Shown here: in pieces, positions 60,387 through 64,000 of the stretch
How the letters are laid out: every line of letters starts with the position of its first letter
Numbering within the stretch: the stretch's first letter is position 1
Assembly (NCBI GenBank): GCA_002269645.1
Contig: NIVC01000330.1
Coordinates: forward strand, 310,001 to 374,000
DNA from: Macrostomum lignano
Taxonomy: Eukaryota
DNA length: 64,000 bases
Reading direction: 5' to 3'
Position numbers and translations under genes: made by a program
The notes under the pieces: generated by a model
Databases searched by the model: none
Seen by the model: the letters and a program-made list of their open reading frames with translations, nothing else
Told to the model about the DNA's origin: nothing

Positions 60387-60930
60387 TGATTGGCTCTCAG
60401 TCTCAATCTTACTGTCCCTCTTTCCCGTCTTCGCCTCATGATTGGCTGTCAGTTTTCTATCTCACTGTCTCTCTCTTTCCCGTCTTCGCCTCATGATTGG
60501 CTCTCAGTCTCAATCTTACTGTCCCTCTTTCCCGTCTTCGCCTCATGATTGGCTCTCAGTCTCAATCTTACTGTCCCTCTTTCCCGTCTTCGCCTCATGA
60601 TTGGCTGTCAGTTTTCTATCTCACTGTCTCTCTCTTTCCCGTCTTCGCCTCATGATTGGCTCTCAGTCTCAATCTTACTCTCCCTCTTTCCCGTCTTCGC
60701 CTCATGATTGGCTGTCAGTCTCAATCTTACTGTCCCTCTTTCCCGTCTTCGCCTCATGATTGGCTCTCAGTCTCAATCTTACTGTCCCTCTTTCCCGTCT
60801 TCGCCTCATGATTGGCTGTCAGTTTTCTATCTCACTGTCTCTCTCTTTCCCGTCTTCGCCTCATGATTGGCTCTCAGTCTCAATCTTACTCTCCCTCTTT
60901 CCCGTCTTCGCCTCATGATTGGCTGTCAGT
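60387..60930. repeat. 52/54-bp minisatellite in KLC intron 2
   Basis: About 10 units, each starting TGATTGGCT. Confidence 0.93.
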
Positions 60931-61105
60931 TCTCAAACTCACAACCCTGCTTAAGCTTTTCTGTTCCTAGTCTCTTGACTCCTAAAATCAACATTATCTC
61001 TTCTCTCTTCCGACTCCTGATTGACTAGCAGTTTTCTTCCTTAATTTTAATCGCAATAAATTAAAAATAAATATTAATCATTCCCGCAAAACGCTAATGA
61101 ATTAA

Positions 61106-61654
<549 letters not shown>

Positions 61655-62085
61655 TGATAGTTAGTGACAATTTCACTAGTTGACTATTGAGAACCAGTTC
61701 TCAAGCTTAATACATTAGCGATATAACAAACAAAAGTTACAACTCTAAAACATGGCATACGGCTTATTGATTCAACATTCTTGCCCGAGATTAACAAACA
61801 GACTGAATAAAAAAAGCGTGTTATGCATTATGAAACATTTTATTATACTTGCACTTGTCTGCTTCGAGAATGCAACTAATCGAATTTATCTAAAAATACA
61901 AACGTGTTTATTTACGCCTATTGGAATCAATTTTTACAAATATTTTAATCGTCAATAAAAGCCTAAACAAGATCTATAAGTACAATACTAGCCTACTGAT
62001 AGTAGTTAGGCTAAATTTTCCAAATTAGCTAAATTAAATATGGAGACAATCGTCACTACTAGGATAAGCTTTCAGTTACAATCAA

Positions 62086-62535
62086 AGATACTAAAATAAC
62101 TAGATGGGCCACTCTGGCATAAATACGTAGTAAAACAGCTTTCTACTTCCAGCTCAGTAGCAAAGAAGAATACATAAGCTATTTTATAAAAATCAAGGGC
62201 AAGGCAGCTGAAATGACTTTGATAAGTTTAGAAGCCCAAGCTTGCAGGCGTAAACAACTTGCTAATTGGTTCAGCCATAATGTACATTAGCCAGTCTACT
62301 GAAATGTACATGGCAGCTTTAGGCTGGAATTCCGAGGAAGGCAATAAAATTGGGGCGGGGCGGGGGGTGGTAGTGTGGAAAGGCTCAGTTAGATGGTTTA
62401 AGCTGGGGGTAAGAGCCAATAAATTGAGCCTTGGCTTTAAAAATATATAAAAATGCTTCTGTTTTACTTACTACTGAACTGAAAGTAGTTTACACGTAAA
62501 TGTGCTGAGTGGCCCATCTAGTTATTCTAGTATCT
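62086..62535. mobile_element. MITE-like inverted-repeat element
   Basis: AGATACTA(A/G)AATAACTAGATGGGCCACTC at both ends in inverted orientation, decaying inwards. Confidence 0.65.
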
Positions 62536-62622
62536 GTGGTTACAATACTTCGGCCTACTGATAGTAGTGCGATATAAAAAAGTATCGACAATAAAAAAGC
62601 ATCATAAAAAGAAGAAAATTAC

Positions 62623-62699
62623 CTGAACAGAGCGCAACAACTCGGTCTTCTGCTCCGAGGTCAGCATGGTTACATCCGGCGGCACTTTAATACGGTTTT
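62623..62699 (-). CDS. KASH/spectrin-repeat gene, exon b
   Basis: ttcag|(E)NRIKVPPDVTMLTSEQKTELLRSVQ|gtaatt; phase 1/0. Confidence 0.72.
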
Positions 62700-62787
62700 C
62701 TGAATAAAAAATGAACAAAACATAAACACGATTATAAAGAAAATACTAAAACAGTGGTGTTAAATAATACTTGAAAATAATACAGAC

Positions 62788-62838
62788 CATTAGCCGTATC
62801 TAGCCAATCTTGAGCTTCCTGGAGGTCGCATTCCAAGT
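62788..62838 (-). CDS. KASH/spectrin-repeat gene, exon a (gene begins further upstream)
   Basis: ttattttcag|(D)LECDLQEAQDWLDTAN|gtctgt; spectrin helix-A-like WL motif; phase 1/1. Confidence 0.7.
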
Positions 62839-63696
62839 CTGAAAATAATGGTGTGAAAAATTGGATGCTTAATTTTTCTTCTACCATTTTTTATAGAAAA
62901 TCGGGAGAAATTAACGAAAAGGATGTGTTCAACTGGGAGTATACTACGGAAGGCGAGGGTCATTTCGGGTCACTGTCACTTGAGAGGAAAGGTTGGGTGA
63001 ACAATTAATTCCCACACTTGCACTAGCAGGTGAGCTAGTGTAGATGAGCCAGAAATTACAATTCAAGCCCCAGCTAGTGTCGTGAATGAGTTTTGTCACG
63101 CAACAATAGAATAAATAATTATGATGAGTAGTGGGGATCTGATGCTGCAGAAGCAAAAATTTCCACTGCCTAACGAGCCACTTCAGCATAACTGTTACAG
63201 CAGAAACTACAGCTTCAAAGACTAAAAGCTATTACGTCAGGCACTCATTGTATTCTATATTTTCTAGAGTATGGACGGGAAATCAATATGAGTGCCGATT
63301 CTGGCATTCCCAGCTATTGCAGCTGGCAAGCGCGAGTGACTCATCACCGCTCTCAGGGTAGGCGATTAGAGCAGTCACCCCCACACTGCCCTCAGACCCT
63401 CTAAGCAGGGCTGAGCTCGCACTGGGTTGAAAAAACACACAACTGGGATCTGCGTTAACAATGGCGATGAAATGAAGCTGGCCTAGGCTTATATTGAGGA
63501 GGGCATTGTTGAATGAATAATATGATTGAGCCTGCAGATCTGAAACCCCCATCACTGAGTTCAATAATTTACACCGCCAGTGTTCAGATGCTGCATGCCA
63601 TTAAGCTTAATTAGATCCGATCTGATAACAAAAAATACCACCTAACCTAATGAACCCGGAATGACCCATCACAAGTATCTATAGACGGAATAAGTG

Positions 63697-64000
63697 GCGG
63701 CCCAGCAACAGAGGATCTGGGAGGCTGGCTCAGCAACTGATGATTTGGGAGGCTGGCCCGGCAACTGAGGATCTGGGAGGCTGGCTCAGCAACTGATGAT
63801 TTGGGAGGCTGGCCCGGCAACTGAGGATCTGGGAGGCTGGCTCAGCAACTGATGATTTGGGAGGCTGGCCCGGCAACTGAGGATCTGGGAGGCTGGCCCG
63901 GCAACTGAGGATCTGGGAGGCTGGCTCAGCAACTGATGATTTGGGAGGCTGGCCCGGCAACTGAGGATCTGGGAGGCTGGCTCAGCAACTGATGATTTGG
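63697..64000. repeat. 28-bp minisatellite (same family as 38007-38760), truncated by the window end
   Basis: Direct inspection. Confidence 0.93.

Noticed and set aside
62944-63564. Candidate further upstream exons of the KASH gene (MLKWLVRQW...; 63283-63564)
   Set aside because: I could not find phase-1 donors linking them to exon 62838.

Overview
Animal genomic DNA with GC-rich exons, GT-AG introns and very dense minisatellites. The style resembles a Macrostomum-type flatworm, but that is inference only. Most long ORFs in the supplied track are translations of tandem repeats, so the real genes were assembled by hand from splice sites and codon phase. Contents: (1) the last four exons of a class B (secretin-family) GPCR, + strand, 720-3811. 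(2) An 8-exon, 1123-aa minus-strand gene of unknown function (27013->8460) with an N-terminal membrane anchor. Its 12.9-kb intron appears to host four intronless paralogues of an unrecognised single-pass membrane-protein family, a decayed LINE, and a 2.8-kb inverted duplication carrying two tRNA-like genes. (3) A 3-kb foldback element with CACTAG termini. (4) Eleven phase-compatible exons (>=1090 aa, 62838->34486) of a spectrin-repeat protein ending in a KASH-like tail (nesprin/Klarsicht-like). Its introns hold a young Mag-type Ty3/gypsy element, a mini-Tc1 element, MITEs, a CORE-SINE, and a complete kinesin light chain gene on the opposite strand. The strongest leads are the KLC gene nested inside a gene encoding its likely cargo adaptor, the nested variable membrane-protein cluster, and the duplicated tRNA-like genes with an extended anticodon arm. 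All joins across long introns are predictions that need RNA evidence.
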